Below are positions 1 to 7,349 of a stretch of DNA of 56,476 nucleotides, piece after piece. Origin of the DNA: a virus; IMG/VR virus record IMGVR_UViG_3300045988_061017. The stretch is one strand, 5' to 3'. The first letter of the stretch is position 1. Each line of letters starts with the position of its first letter. The notes under the pieces are model-generated. The model saw only the letters and a program-made list of their open reading frames with translations. It ran no database searches and was not told where the DNA came from. The translations under genes and the position numbers were made by a program.

Positions 1-99
1 AAAGAGTAATGAGATGGAATGACTCCAAAAGCTGTAAATAGCTGAATTACTCAAAGAATGAAGTAATGAATGGAGATGAAAATATATGATAGCGATTAT
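1..99. repeat. Terminal direct repeat copy 1 (identical to 56378..56476); circular-contig overlap or terminal redundancy
   Basis: First 99 bases (aaagagtaatgagatgg...atgatagcgattat) recur exactly as the last 99 bases of the window. Confidence 0.95.
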
Positions 100-180
100 G
101 GGTTAAAATGCCTATCATTATTCGACAATCACCATAAAATAAGACTTTATAGATGTTACGTTTACAATAAATTTATATTT

Positions 181-202
181 TACTAATTATTTACTAAATA
201 TA
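181..202 (+). repeat. 22-bp direct repeat 'tactaattatttactaaatata', copy A (copy B at 56327..56348); candidate attP arm/core element
   Basis: Exact 22-mer present twice, 233 bp apart across the circle junction, immediately downstream of the integrase gene. Confidence 0.6.
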
Positions 203-315
203 ATGTCTTGAATGAATACGAGGGTACCAAATGGCGAAGAAACCAGGAGGTACTCTTTTTCTACATTATCTTTAATTTTTATGTATAATAAACCTTGTCA
301 GTGAGGTGAAAAAAG

Positions 316-618
316 ATGAATTACATATGTGAATCTTGCGGTAGTGATTTGAAATATTATGATAAAGTTTCAAGAATGGTACGGACGAAAAATCGTAAAG
401 CGTCTATCATTACTATAAAAAGATTCAAATGTCCAGTTTGTAATTGTATACATAGAAATCTTCCCAATAATATTTTTCCTTATAAACAATACGATGCGAG
501 AATAATAACAGGAGTTATAGAAGGTAAAATAACAAGCGATATGATAGACTATGAGGATTATCCTTGCGAGATGACTATGACTAGATGGCGAACGCTTAAT
601 TTACAATCTCTCTTATGA
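316..618 (+). CDS. Cys4 zinc-ribbon protein, function unknown
   Basis: 100-aa ATG ORF, RBS gaggtg 7 nt upstream; two CxxC pairs (CESC...CPVC). Confidence 0.6.
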   Translation: MNYICESCGSDLKYYDKVSRMVRTKNRKASIITIKRFKCPVCNCIHRNLPNNIFPYKQYDARIITGVIEGKITSDMIDYEDYPCEMTMTRWRTLNLQSLL

Positions 619-620
619 GA
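591..620 (+). promoter_or_regulatory. Conserved 30-nt promoter-like motif, copy i (overlaps stop codon of 316..618)
   Basis: aaCGCttAATTTACAatctctctTATGAGA aligns with the CGCAA-N5-TACA-N8-TATGAGA consensus seen at 8 other sites; precedes RBS of 665..886. Confidence 0.5.
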
Positions 621-664
621 AAACCTTGAATAAAAATGTAGTTATATGAAAGGAGATTTATATC

Positions 665-886
665 ATGGAGAGAAAAGGAAACAACATAGCAGAAGATACA
701 TTCTTATACTGGATGGATGTAGAACGATATATGGCAGAATTCAAAGAAGGAAATTTTAATAATTATGAAGAATGTCAAACAGTTTTACGATATCTTGCTT
801 TAAGAGAGATGAATTTAGTTATAGAGAAAAACAATAACTCTCAAATAACATCTATCGAAATACCAGCATTTTTAGTAAAGCGTTAA
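665..886 (+). CDS. hypothetical protein
   Basis: 73-aa ATG ORF, RBS aaaggag; followed directly by a hairpin+T10 terminator. Confidence 0.65.
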   Translation: MERKGNNIAEDTFLYWMDVERYMAEFKEGNFNNYEECQTVLRYLALREMNLVIEKNNNSQITSIEIPAFLVKR

Positions 887-895
887 AATGAAGGG

Positions 896-930
896 CGGTC
901 TGTGAAAAACATAGACTGTCTTTTTTTTTT
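896..930 (+). terminator. Rho-independent terminator
   Basis: cggtctgtg/catagactg 9-bp stem (2 G-U) followed by T10. Confidence 0.8.
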
Positions 931-1021
931 GGCATTAGTTTCCACCGAGGTTGTTTTTACTATTATGCATTTCTAACCTAGAATAGAATCACCGGCGGTA
1001 ATAAACACAAAGGAGATTTAT

Positions 1022-1441
1022 ATGGGAACAACATTAAGAGCTGAATTATCAGAAAAGAATCCATATTGGATAGAGAAACATAGATACTACGAGTTAAAAC
1101 ATTTTTGCCTGCAATATCCTATATGGAAGAAAGCATATGCCGCATTAGACGGCACAAATACAAAAACTATGAATTTGGCGATGAGGGTTATAACCAATAA
1201 TATTGATGATCCGACATCAAGGTATGCAATAGCCAGAGCATATTATGCAGACCGTATGAACATGCTCGAAAGAGTTGCTAATTTCACAAATCCAGAATTA
1301 GCAAAGTATCTACTAAAAGGAATTACAGAAGGCTGGTCTTATGATATTTTGAAAGCTAGATTAAATATTCCGTGTTGCAAAGATATTTACTATGACTTGT
1401 ACAGACGATTTTTCTGGTTGTTGGATAAAGAACGAGGATAG
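1022..1441 (+). CDS. hypothetical protein (possible phage transcription regulator; tentative)
   Basis: 139-aa ATG ORF, RBS aaaggag; 'EKHRYYELKHFCLQYPIWKK' resembles phage late-regulator/sigma-like families from memory only. Confidence 0.4.
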   Translation: MGTTLRAELSEKNPYWIEKHRYYELKHFCLQYPIWKKAYAALDGTNTKTMNLAMRVITNNIDDPTSRYAIARAYYADRMNMLERVANFTNPELAKYLLKGITEGWSYDILKARLNIPCCKDIYYDLYRRFFWLLDKERG

Positions 1442-1471
1442 TTCGCAACAAATACATAGTCCTTTATGAAG
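1442..1471 (+). promoter_or_regulatory. Conserved 30-nt promoter-like motif, copy a
   Basis: ttCGCAAcaaaTACAtagtccttTATGAAg; upstream of RBS of 1500..1634. Confidence 0.5.
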
Positions 1472-1499
1472 GAATAAATTCGTAAAGGAGGTAACGAGG

Positions 1500-1634
1500 A
1501 TGAGCTATATCAAACGATTATTTGTAGATAGGATCATAGACTTATATGACAATGGTGAGAAACCTGAGCACATAGCTAAGATACTATCTATATCAGAAGA
1601 AGATGTGCGAGTTATTACAGATGAATTTGAATGA
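1500..1634 (+). CDS. small protein, possible helix-turn-helix (44 aa)
   Basis: ATG with RBS aaaggagg; 'GEKPEHIAKILSISEEDVRVI' looks like a short HTH; below the ORF-track size cutoff. Confidence 0.5.
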   Translation: MSYIKRLFVDRIIDLYDNGEKPEHIAKILSISEEDVRVITDEFE

Positions 1635-1646
1635 TAACGAAATGAG

Positions 1647-1675
1647 AGAGTCCTAACAAGGGCTCTTTCTTTTTA
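1647..1675 (+). terminator. Rho-independent terminator
   Basis: agagtcc/gggctct stem, then tttctttttatt. Confidence 0.7.
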
Positions 1676-1689
1676 TTCTAGGTTAACTC

Positions 1690-1707
1690 CAGTACGTAGG
1701 TTACTGG
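1690..1707 (+). promoter_or_regulatory. 18-nt operator-like palindromic box 'cagtacgtaggttactgg', copy 1
   Basis: Exact 18-mer also at 54753..54770; contains inverted arms CAGTA/TACTG. Confidence 0.55.
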
Positions 1708-1783
1708 AAATCATACTATATTGATATTTGAAAAATTGCCCGGTGGGAAAATTCCGGAAAATGTTTTCAGAAAGGAGGAGCAT

Positions 1784-2005
1784 ATGCCATTAATTTGGTT
1801 ACTGGTAGGTATTCTTATAGGATTGCTTGCATCAAGATTTATATTTAAGGATAAGCCAATAGGTTCGCTTAGGGTTGACCAATCTGACCCAGATAGCGAG
1901 CCTTATTTATTTCTTGAATTAGATCCAGGCGGTATGAATGATATCTATAAGAAGCAGTCCGTATGTTTACGTGTGAAAATTAAAAATTATATTTCGCACA
2001 AATAA
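1784..2005 (+). CDS. small membrane protein, hypothetical
   Basis: ATG at 1784 preceded by aaaggagg (track start 1721 lacks RBS); N-terminal TM 'LIWLLVGILIGLLA'. Confidence 0.6.
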   Translation: MPLIWLLVGILIGLLASRFIFKDKPIGSLRVDQSDPDSEPYLFLELDPGGMNDIYKKQSVCLRVKIKNYISHK

Positions 2006-2049
2006 CACTTTCTATTATGAAAGAAATTATTAAAAGGAGGTTTCACAAA

Positions 2050-2466
2050 ATGAGCGAACCAAATATTAAAGATTTATTGAATGAGGAAATTGCAATGGAG
2101 ATTCAGAACTTATCTGAATTCAAAGCAGGTTCTGATGAGAAATCAAGTGCTATTGATGATTTGGCAAAGCTGTACAAGCTGAGAATCGAGGAGAACAAGA
2201 GCGAATGGGATGCGGATGAGAAGTATGATCGTCGTGTGATGGAAGGAGAAGCCAACACTAAAGACGATGAACTGAAACAGAAGCAGCTTGAAGAGCAGGT
2301 TAAGGAGCGATATTTCAGAGTAGGTGTAGCAGCGGCAGAATTAATGGTGCCATTGATATTCTATGGAATTTGGATGAGGAAAGGATTTAAGTTTGAAGAA
2401 ACAGGAACATATACCTCAAAGACATTTACAGGTTTGATCAATCGTTTTAGACCAACAAAGAAATAA
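2050..2466 (+). CDS. hypothetical protein with C-terminal TM segment
   Basis: ATG at 2050 8 nt after aaaggagg; acidic coiled N-part, 'VGVAAAELMVPLIFYGIWM' TM. Confidence 0.6.
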   Translation: MSEPNIKDLLNEEIAMEIQNLSEFKAGSDEKSSAIDDLAKLYKLRIEENKSEWDADEKYDRRVMEGEANTKDDELKQKQLEEQVKERYFRVGVAAAELMVPLIFYGIWMRKGFKFEETGTYTSKTFTGLINRFRPTKK

Positions 2467-2480
2467 TGATTTTATGGCAA

Positions 2481-2516
2481 GGGGACGTGTATAACGCATG
2501 TCCTCTTATTTTTTAC
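2481..2516 (+). terminator. Rho-independent terminator
   Basis: ggggacgtg/catgtcctc 9-bp stem then ttatttttt. Confidence 0.75.
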
Positions 2517-2546
2517 TACGCAACTACAGCATTTCCTCTTATGAGA
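2517..2546 (+). promoter_or_regulatory. Conserved promoter-like motif, copy b (most divergent)
   Basis: taCGCAActacagcatttcctctTATGAGA directly after a terminator, before RBS of 2571..2882. Confidence 0.45.
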
Positions 2547-2570
2547 AAATAGAAAAGGAGGCAAAATTAG

Positions 2571-2882
2571 ATGAATAAAATCTATGTGGAGGTACCAATT
2601 ACTACAAATCAGACTACATTAAGTATTCCTTGTGGTGATGATGAAAGCTTATGGCATTTTACCGTCATATTCAATGAGAACGAATATTTGCATAAGAGAT
2701 TGGTTACCGTTATGGACAACTTTGATGATGGAGAGAATCCAGCGGTTCAAAGTATGTTAGTAACGAATGAAAACAATCGTACGGCAACATTTGAGTACCA
2801 TATGGATAAGGACGTAAAGGTTGATGTTAAGCTGTCAGTTTATTATTGCAAGGAATGCAGAATAATTACTGCTGAGTGGTAA
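2571..2882 (+). CDS. hypothetical protein
   Basis: 103-aa ATG ORF, RBS aaaggagg. Confidence 0.65.
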   Translation: MNKIYVEVPITTNQTTLSIPCGDDESLWHFTVIFNENEYLHKRLVTVMDNFDDGENPAVQSMLVTNENNRTATFEYHMDKDVKVDVKLSVYYCKECRIITAEW

Positions 2883-2892
2883 TAGTGCCTAT

Positions 2893-2930
2893 AGGAGATG
2901 TGGAACTCTATACGCATCTCCTTTTCTTTT
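2893..2930 (+). terminator. Rho-independent terminator
   Basis: aggagatgtg/cgcatctcct 10-bp stem then tttctttt. Confidence 0.8.
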
Positions 2931-2960
2931 TACGTGAAAAATACATTGCTCTTTATGAGA
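2931..2960 (+). promoter_or_regulatory. Conserved promoter-like motif, copy c
   Basis: taCGTGAaaaaTACAttgctcttTATGAGA immediately after terminator. Confidence 0.5.
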
Positions 2961-3054
2961 GAATAAAGCTTTATCTCTTGAACAGATTAACGCCAGTTTG
3001 TATACTAGATATACGAGTATGCGAGCAGGTCAATTTTGAAAGGAGATATTTAGC

Positions 3055-3297
3055 ATGAGTATTTTTAATGAAAAACAGAGAAAGGCAATGACAGACGGAG
3101 AATATATCTGCTCTGAGTGCGGAGGATTAATGGAATTTGAAGACGAATGGGAAGACACATTAGTGTGTCCTCATTGTGGTCACAGCATTGATTTAGAGGA
3201 ATATGGCTGTGAAGGAGATGAAAAGTACGAGAATTTATATCCGACCAGAGAGGAAGTTCTGGGTATTGCCGCGGATGAGTCCGAAGAAGAAAATTAA
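3055..3297 (+). CDS. zinc-ribbon protein with acidic tail, hypothetical
   Basis: 80-aa ATG ORF, RBS gaaaggag; CSEC...CPHC. Confidence 0.65.
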   Translation: MSIFNEKQRKAMTDGEYICSECGGLMEFEDEWEDTLVCPHCGHSIDLEEYGCEGDEKYENLYPTREEVLGIAADESEEEN

Positions 3298-3317
3298 AAA
3301 CGCAATAAGCTAGAGGA

Positions 3318-3353
3318 GAGGGTCTTATAGAAATCTAAGGCTCTTTTCTTTTT
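3318..3353 (+). terminator. Rho-independent terminator
   Basis: gagggtctta/taaggctctt stem, loop tagaaatc, T-run; near-homologous to terminator at 50823. Confidence 0.7.
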
Positions 3354-3366
3354 ACGGAGAATAGAG

Positions 3367-3726
3367 ATGAGATACCATTATAAAAAACCAGATATTTATC
3401 TTTCTATGTATGGAAAATTATATATATGCAATCATCCGGTGTATGACAGATGTACATTATTTACAATTGGCGATAAAGGTTTGGCAGTTATTCAGCAAAG
3501 ATTCAATCCGGATACAAAGACTACATACTGGACAGAGGTTGATTCCTGGTTGACAGATTCTTTATATTTGCATCCTAAGTTCAAAAAATTTTTTGATGAA
3601 CGAGCAGGAGAGTGTACAGATGGATTGTATCCAACAGTAAGCGTTAGACAAATTATGTGGGCGTTGAAAATGAAACCGATACAGAGGCAAAGATGGGAAA
3701 CATGCTTTGACAGGCGTAATATTTAG
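3367..3726 (+). CDS. hypothetical protein
   Basis: 119-aa ATG ORF, weak RBS ggaga. Confidence 0.6.
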   Translation: MRYHYKKPDIYLSMYGKLYICNHPVYDRCTLFTIGDKGLAVIQQRFNPDTKTTYWTEVDSWLTDSLYLHPKFKKFFDERAGECTDGLYPTVSVRQIMWALKMKPIQRQRWETCFDRRNI

Positions 3727-3752
3727 CGAATTTTACAGTTCCTTTTATGAGA
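3723..3752 (+). promoter_or_regulatory. Conserved promoter-like motif, copy d (overlaps stop of 3367..3726)
   Basis: ttAGCGAAttttACAgttcctttTATGAGA. Confidence 0.5.
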
Positions 3753-3782
3753 AACTAAAGCTTTGAAAGGAGTAAAAGGAGC

Positions 3783-4001
3783 ATGGACGAAATGAAAATA
3801 GTATCTAAATTTACAAGAGGGATTATTTCAAAAGCATTAAAAAAGGTGATACATAAGAAAACTGGATACGATATTGATATTCAGTTAAATGGGGTCACTA
3901 CAACTATTGCAGACGGAAAGACACATCTTCATGTCGATGTAGATGCTGAAATTGGAAAGGACGAGCTTATAAACATACTTAAAAGTATTGGTTTGAACTG
4001 A
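3783..4001 (+). CDS. hypothetical protein
   Basis: 72-aa ATG ORF, RBS aaaggag. Confidence 0.6.
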   Translation: MDEMKIVSKFTRGIISKALKKVIHKKTGYDIDIQLNGVTTTIADGKTHLHVDVDAEIGKDELINILKSIGLN

Positions 4002-4006
4002 CGATT

Positions 4007-4035
4007 AGGGTCGCTTATGGCGGCTCTTTTCTTTT
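4007..4035 (+). terminator. Rho-independent terminator
   Basis: agggtcgc/gcggctct 8-bp stem (2 G-U) then tttcttttac. Confidence 0.65.
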
Positions 4036-4037
4036 AC

Positions 4038-4067
4038 TTCGCAAAATTTACAAAGCATATTATGAGA
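4038..4067 (+). promoter_or_regulatory. Conserved promoter-like motif, copy e, abutting the tRNA-like gene
   Basis: ttCGCAAaattTACAaagcatatTATGAGA ends 1 nt before the tRNA-like 5' end. Confidence 0.5.
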
Positions 4068-4144
4068 GGAATAGTAGCTCAGTTGGTAGAGCACTGGTCA
4101 ATATACCGCACCAGGGGTCGATGGTTCGAATCCATTCAATTTCT
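4068..4144 (+). tRNA. tRNA-like gene with canonical D and T arms but an 11-nt anticodon loop (isotype not assignable; possible non-canonical or pseudo-tRNA)
   Basis: Acceptor GGAATAG/CAATTTC (6/7 pairs); D arm GCTC-AGTTGGTA-GAGC; T arm GATGG-TTCGAAT-CCATT; variable loop GGGTC. Anticodon stem CTGGT/ACCAG encloses CAATATACCGC (11 nt, not 7). No encoded CCA. Confidence 0.6.
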
Positions 4145-4173
4145 CTTTTATTTTTCTGGAAAGGAGAGTTCAT

Positions 4174-4491
4174 ATGTCTATTGAGCAGCTTGAACTGATA
4201 TTAAGTGACACATATCAGATGGATGTATCATTTCCTATGATATTTGGACACCATAAGGAATTTATGCAATCTAGCTATTCCATATGGTCAGTAAATGAAT
4301 TACTGGAATATGTATCGTCCGAATTATATCCAAAAGACAATGCGTCAATAGCAGAAATTGAAGAAATTGTCAGATGTTTCAAAGCTATGATGAGTAAATA
4401 TTATCATATGAGACAAGACACACAATTAATGTTTTCAATAGCAATAAATCTGGCAGATAATGTGCTGGATATTTTACGAGCTATGGAATAA
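4174..4491 (+). CDS. hypothetical protein, paralog of 5372..5662
   Basis: 105-aa ATG ORF, RBS aaaggag; shares 'SSYSIWSVNELL' / 'NSYSIWAAKELL' block with 5372..5662. Confidence 0.65.
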   Translation: MSIEQLELILSDTYQMDVSFPMIFGHHKEFMQSSYSIWSVNELLEYVSSELYPKDNASIAEIEEIVRCFKAMMSKYYHMRQDTQLMFSIAINLADNVLDILRAME

Positions 4492-4509
4492 AGAAAGGAG
4501 ACAACCACT

Positions 4510-5124
4510 ATGAAACCAAAAATCAATCAACTCATTAACAAATCAGTTATACAACTGAAAAGAGGTTCACCAACAATTTTAACCTGTCTTGGAGTTGCTG
4601 GGCTTGTTGCAACTACTGTATCAGCCGTTGTAGCAACACCAAAAGCAATTGAAAAGATTAGAAAAGACAGTTTGATTAATCATGATGGAGACCCATGCGG
4701 ATATAGCAAGACAGAAGCTATTAAATCTGCGTGGGTCTATTATATTCCGTCAACAGTTATTGGTGTTTCAACAATCATTTGTATTGTTGGAGCAAATGTA
4801 TTAAACCGCCATCAACAGGCATCTTTATCAAGTGCATATGCACTGATTAACAAATCTTACAATGAGTATAAAGAAAAACTCAAGGAATTGTATGGAGAGG
4901 AAGCTCATCAGAAAATAATCGATTCTATAGCTAAAGAGCATTGTAATGATGTATATCTTAGCGGACAGGATATATGTGGATGGAACTGTGACGATGGTAT
5001 ATATTGGATAGATTTTAACCATAGAAAAACAGTGTTAGATGATGGTCTCGAAGTATATATCATTGAAATGGTTTGGACACCAGACACTAATTGGTGCGAT
5101 GAAGAAGATTTCACTATGGAATAG
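4510..5124 (+). CDS. 2-TM membrane protein, paralog family member 1 (with 6480..7280 and 8773..9690)
   Basis: 204 aa; N-terminus 'K.GSPTILTCLGVAGLVATTVSAVVATPKA', second TM, then 'ASLSSAYALINKSYNEYKEK' are shared with the two paralogs. Confidence 0.7.
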   Translation: MKPKINQLINKSVIQLKRGSPTILTCLGVAGLVATTVSAVVATPKAIEKIRKDSLINHDGDPCGYSKTEAIKSAWVYYIPSTVIGVSTIICIVGANVLNRHQQASLSSAYALINKSYNEYKEKLKELYGEEAHQKIIDSIAKEHCNDVYLSGQDICGWNCDDGIYWIDFNHRKTVLDDGLEVYIIEMVWTPDTNWCDEEDFTME

Positions 5125-5128
5125 TCTA

Positions 5129-5158
5129 TTCGCAAAATTTACAGCCACTATTATGGAA
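5129..5158 (+). promoter_or_regulatory. Conserved promoter-like motif, copy f (32-nt identical to copy g)
   Basis: ttCGCAAaattTACAgccactatTATGGAA. Confidence 0.5.
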
Positions 5159-5173
5159 AGGAGGCAACGGGCT

Positions 5174-5338
5174 ATGAATAGTAAAATTATTAGAATCATT
5201 GGTCTTGCTGCGACAGTAATCGGATTAGGAGCGAATCTTATTAACGATTGGGCTGATGAGCAGAAGATGAATGAGCAGATTGATAAGAAAGTTAATGAAG
5301 CTCTTGCTAAAAGAGACGCAGATACGAAGGAGTCCTAA
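5174..5338 (+). CDS. small membrane protein (54 aa)
   Basis: ATG at 5174 after ggaaaggagg; TM 'IIRIIGLAATVIGLGANLI'; track start 5039 overlaps the upstream gene and motif. Confidence 0.6.
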   Translation: MNSKIIRIIGLAATVIGLGANLINDWADEQKMNEQIDKKVNEALAKRDADTKES

Positions 5339-5357
5339 AACAAGGGCTCTTTTGTTT
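5328..5357 (+). terminator. Rho-independent terminator
   Basis: ggagtcct/agggctct stem then tttgtttt. Confidence 0.7.
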
Positions 5358-5371
5358 TAGGGAGGTTAAGT

Positions 5372-5662
5372 ATGTCATCAATAGATACAGCTATTGAAAT
5401 TACTGAATATTGTCTAAAGCAATCAAGAAAAAATAGAGTTGATTGGTATGGCGATAGTTTTATTAGTAATAGCTACTCTATATGGGCGGCAAAAGAGTTG
5501 TTGATACGTTTGAATAACAACAGGGATATTCCGCCATTGATAACTCTTGAAAATTTTGAAGAGTTAATGGATGAGTACGCCTGCAAAAACATCAACAACA
5601 GTTTTTTATTTTCGTGTGCAAAAGATATGACACGATGGATCATTGATTTATTAATCGCATAA
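5372..5662 (+). CDS. hypothetical protein, paralog of 4174..4491
   Basis: 96-aa ATG ORF, RBS gggagg; shared SYSIW block. Confidence 0.65.
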   Translation: MSSIDTAIEITEYCLKQSRKNRVDWYGDSFISNSYSIWAAKELLIRLNNNRDIPPLITLENFEELMDEYACKNINNSFLFSCAKDMTRWIIDLLIA

Positions 5663-5690
5663 AGCGATATTTTGAAAGGAGATTAACATT

Positions 5691-6428
5691 ATGTGTAAAA
5701 GAGAAATGACATTAGGAGAAGAAATTATCGGATTATCAACAAGAGGGATTGACACACCTACAGTAGAAAGAATGTACAGAAAGTATATCGAAATGGCTGC
5801 TGATAAAGAGTCAAAAGAAGCTATGAGAGCGTATTGCATTAATGATGAACTTGCGATTAAAGAATTTGTTAATGCAATATTCGGAGTTCCAGCGAAGTCC
5901 GATTTAAAAAATGCTGAGGTAGGAGATAAGACAACCATTAAGTTGAACGGATTTGGAGAATTCACAGCAACAGTACACAAGGTTACTGACGATAGAGTTA
6001 TGCTTATTTTCGATGATTATGTAACTAAGAGACCTATGAATGAGTCAGATACAAATAAGGGAGGATTTGAAGAGTCAGATTTGAATAAATGGTTACATAC
6101 AGAGTTCGTCAAGGCGTTACCTTATTCAATTAGAGGAAGACTCACTAATGTTACTATTCCTACAGTAGGTGAGATGTTTGGATGGGATGATGAGTGGGAT
6201 AGAAACCACTTTGAAGCGGATAATGACAAACAGCTTCCTCTTATGAAGCAGAGACGCAATCGAGTTGCTTATTATAACAATGAGTGTGAGTTCGGATGGC
6301 TTCGTAATGCTACCAAGAAAGAATTTTCTTCGGCTCGTTTCGCTTTTGTGAACTACGATGGCGGTACGGACTACGTCAGCGCTTCGAACTCTTTTGGGGT
6401 TCGTCCGGAAATCTGGTTGGTTAAGTAA
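5691..6428 (+). CDS. DGR target protein 1 (C-terminal variable, C-type-lectin/GVRP-type ligand-binding domain); no signal peptide or TM
   Basis: 245 aa; the last ~30 codons are VR1, differing from the TR only at TR adenines; ends '...ASNSFGVRPEIWLVK', like the second target. Confidence 0.85.
   Translation: MCKREMTLGEEIIGLSTRGIDTPTVERMYRKYIEMAADKESKEAMRAYCINDELAIKEFVNAIFGVPAKSDLKNAEVGDKTTIKLNGFGEFTATVHKVTDDRVMLIFDDYVTKRPMNESDTNKGGFEESDLNKWLHTEFVKALPYSIRGRLTNVTIPTVGEMFGWDDEWDRNHFEADNDKQLPLMKQRRNRVAYYNNECEFGWLRNATKKEFSSARFAFVNYDGGTDYVSASNSFGVRPEIWLVK
6325..6409 (+). other. DGR variable region VR1
   Basis: 85-bp alignment to TR 52729..52813 with 14 differences, all at TR adenines and none elsewhere. 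Confidence 0.9.
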
Positions 6429-6470
6429 AAATCTCCGCCCCTTGTGGGCGGGGTAATTTATAGGAAAGGA
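6417..6470 (+). repeat. 54-bp block identical to 51688..51741, containing GC hairpin CCGCCC-cttgt-GGGCGG (DGR target-recognition/cruciform-like element)
   Basis: ttggttaagtaaaaatctccgccccttgtgggcggggtaatttataggaaagga occurs exactly after both VRs. Confidence 0.85.
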
Positions 6471-6479
6471 AGTAATAAA

Positions 6480-7280
6480 ATGCATAAACCTAATATTAAA
6501 GCGGCATATAATGCAGTGAAAAAATCAACCATAAAGCATAGTCCGGAAATATTAACTGGAATAGGTATTGCCGGAATGGTAACAACAACTGTAATGGCTG
6601 TAAGAGCAACACCAAAGGCACTAAGATTAATTGATAATGCGGAGCTTAAAAAAGCCAATGAAACAAATATACCATATGAGGGACATAACCTCAGCAAAAC
6701 TGAAATTATAAAAGTTACATGGAGATGTTATATTCCAGCAGGGGTAACAGGAATATTGTCTGTTGTTTGTCTGATTGGAGCAAGTTCAGTAAATGCCAGA
6801 AGAAACGCAGCACTGGCTACGGCATATTCTATAGCTGAAACATCACTCAAGGAATATCAGAATAAAGTTGTTGAAACGATTGGAGAAAAGAAAGAGCAGA
6901 CTATCAGAGATGCCGTTGCAAAAGAGAAAATTGAAGCGCATCCGGCAAAAGAAAGCGAAATTATATTTGTTGGAGATGGTGAGACTCTTTGCTACGATGT
7001 ATTATCCGGACGATATTTCAAGTCAAAAATTGACAGGATTAAGAAAGCTGAGAATGACTTGAACAGAAGGATGCGAGATGAAATGTATATCTCCCTTAAT
7101 GAATTCTATTACGAAATTGGTTTACCATCTATTAAAATCGGTGACGACATTGGATGGAATATTGACCGAGAAGGATATATCGACCTTCGCTATACATCAC
7201 AGCTTAATGACAATGACGAACCAGTATTTGTAATAGATTACGGATGTGGACCTAGATATGACTATAGAAACTTGATGTAG
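6480..7280 (+). CDS. 2-TM membrane protein, paralog family member 2
   Basis: ATG at 6480 after ggaaagga; 'HSPEILTGIGIAGMVTTTVMAVRATPKA...AALATAYSIAETSLKEYQNK' parallels the paralogs. Confidence 0.7.
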   Translation: MHKPNIKAAYNAVKKSTIKHSPEILTGIGIAGMVTTTVMAVRATPKALRLIDNAELKKANETNIPYEGHNLSKTEIIKVTWRCYIPAGVTGILSVVCLIGASSVNARRNAALATAYSIAETSLKEYQNKVVETIGEKKEQTIRDAVAKEKIEAHPAKESEIIFVGDGETLCYDVLSGRYFKSKIDRIKKAENDLNRRMRDEMYISLNEFYYEIGLPSIKIGDDIGWNIDREGYIDLRYTSQLNDNDEPVFVIDYGCGPRYDYRNLM

Positions 7281-7281
7281 G

Positions 7282-7311
7282 TTCGCAAAATTTACAGCCA
7301 CTATTATGGAA
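7282..7311 (+). promoter_or_regulatory. Conserved promoter-like motif, copy g
   Basis: ttCGCAAaattTACAgccactatTATGGAA; identical to copy f. Confidence 0.5.
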
Positions 7312-7349
7312 AGAATAACAAATTTTTAATCTGAAAGGAGATTAACATT

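Noticed and set aside
974-1685. 11-nt inverted repeat (taacctagaat / attctaggtta) flanking 1022..1634 as a possible invertible segment
   Set aside because: An 11-mer match is expected by chance many times in a 56-kb AT-rich sequence, and no recombinase or longer repeat supports it.
2876-3058. 60-aa + strand ORF from the track
   Set aside because: It spans a strong terminator hairpin (2893..2930) and a copy of the promoter-like motif, and it has no RBS. The real gene starts at 3055.
5651-6485. Two minus-strand ORFs (5651..5980, 6126..6485) overlapping the DGR target gene
   Set aside because: They are antisense to a gene whose reading frame is confirmed by the codon-phased VR/TR pattern. Neither has an RBS.
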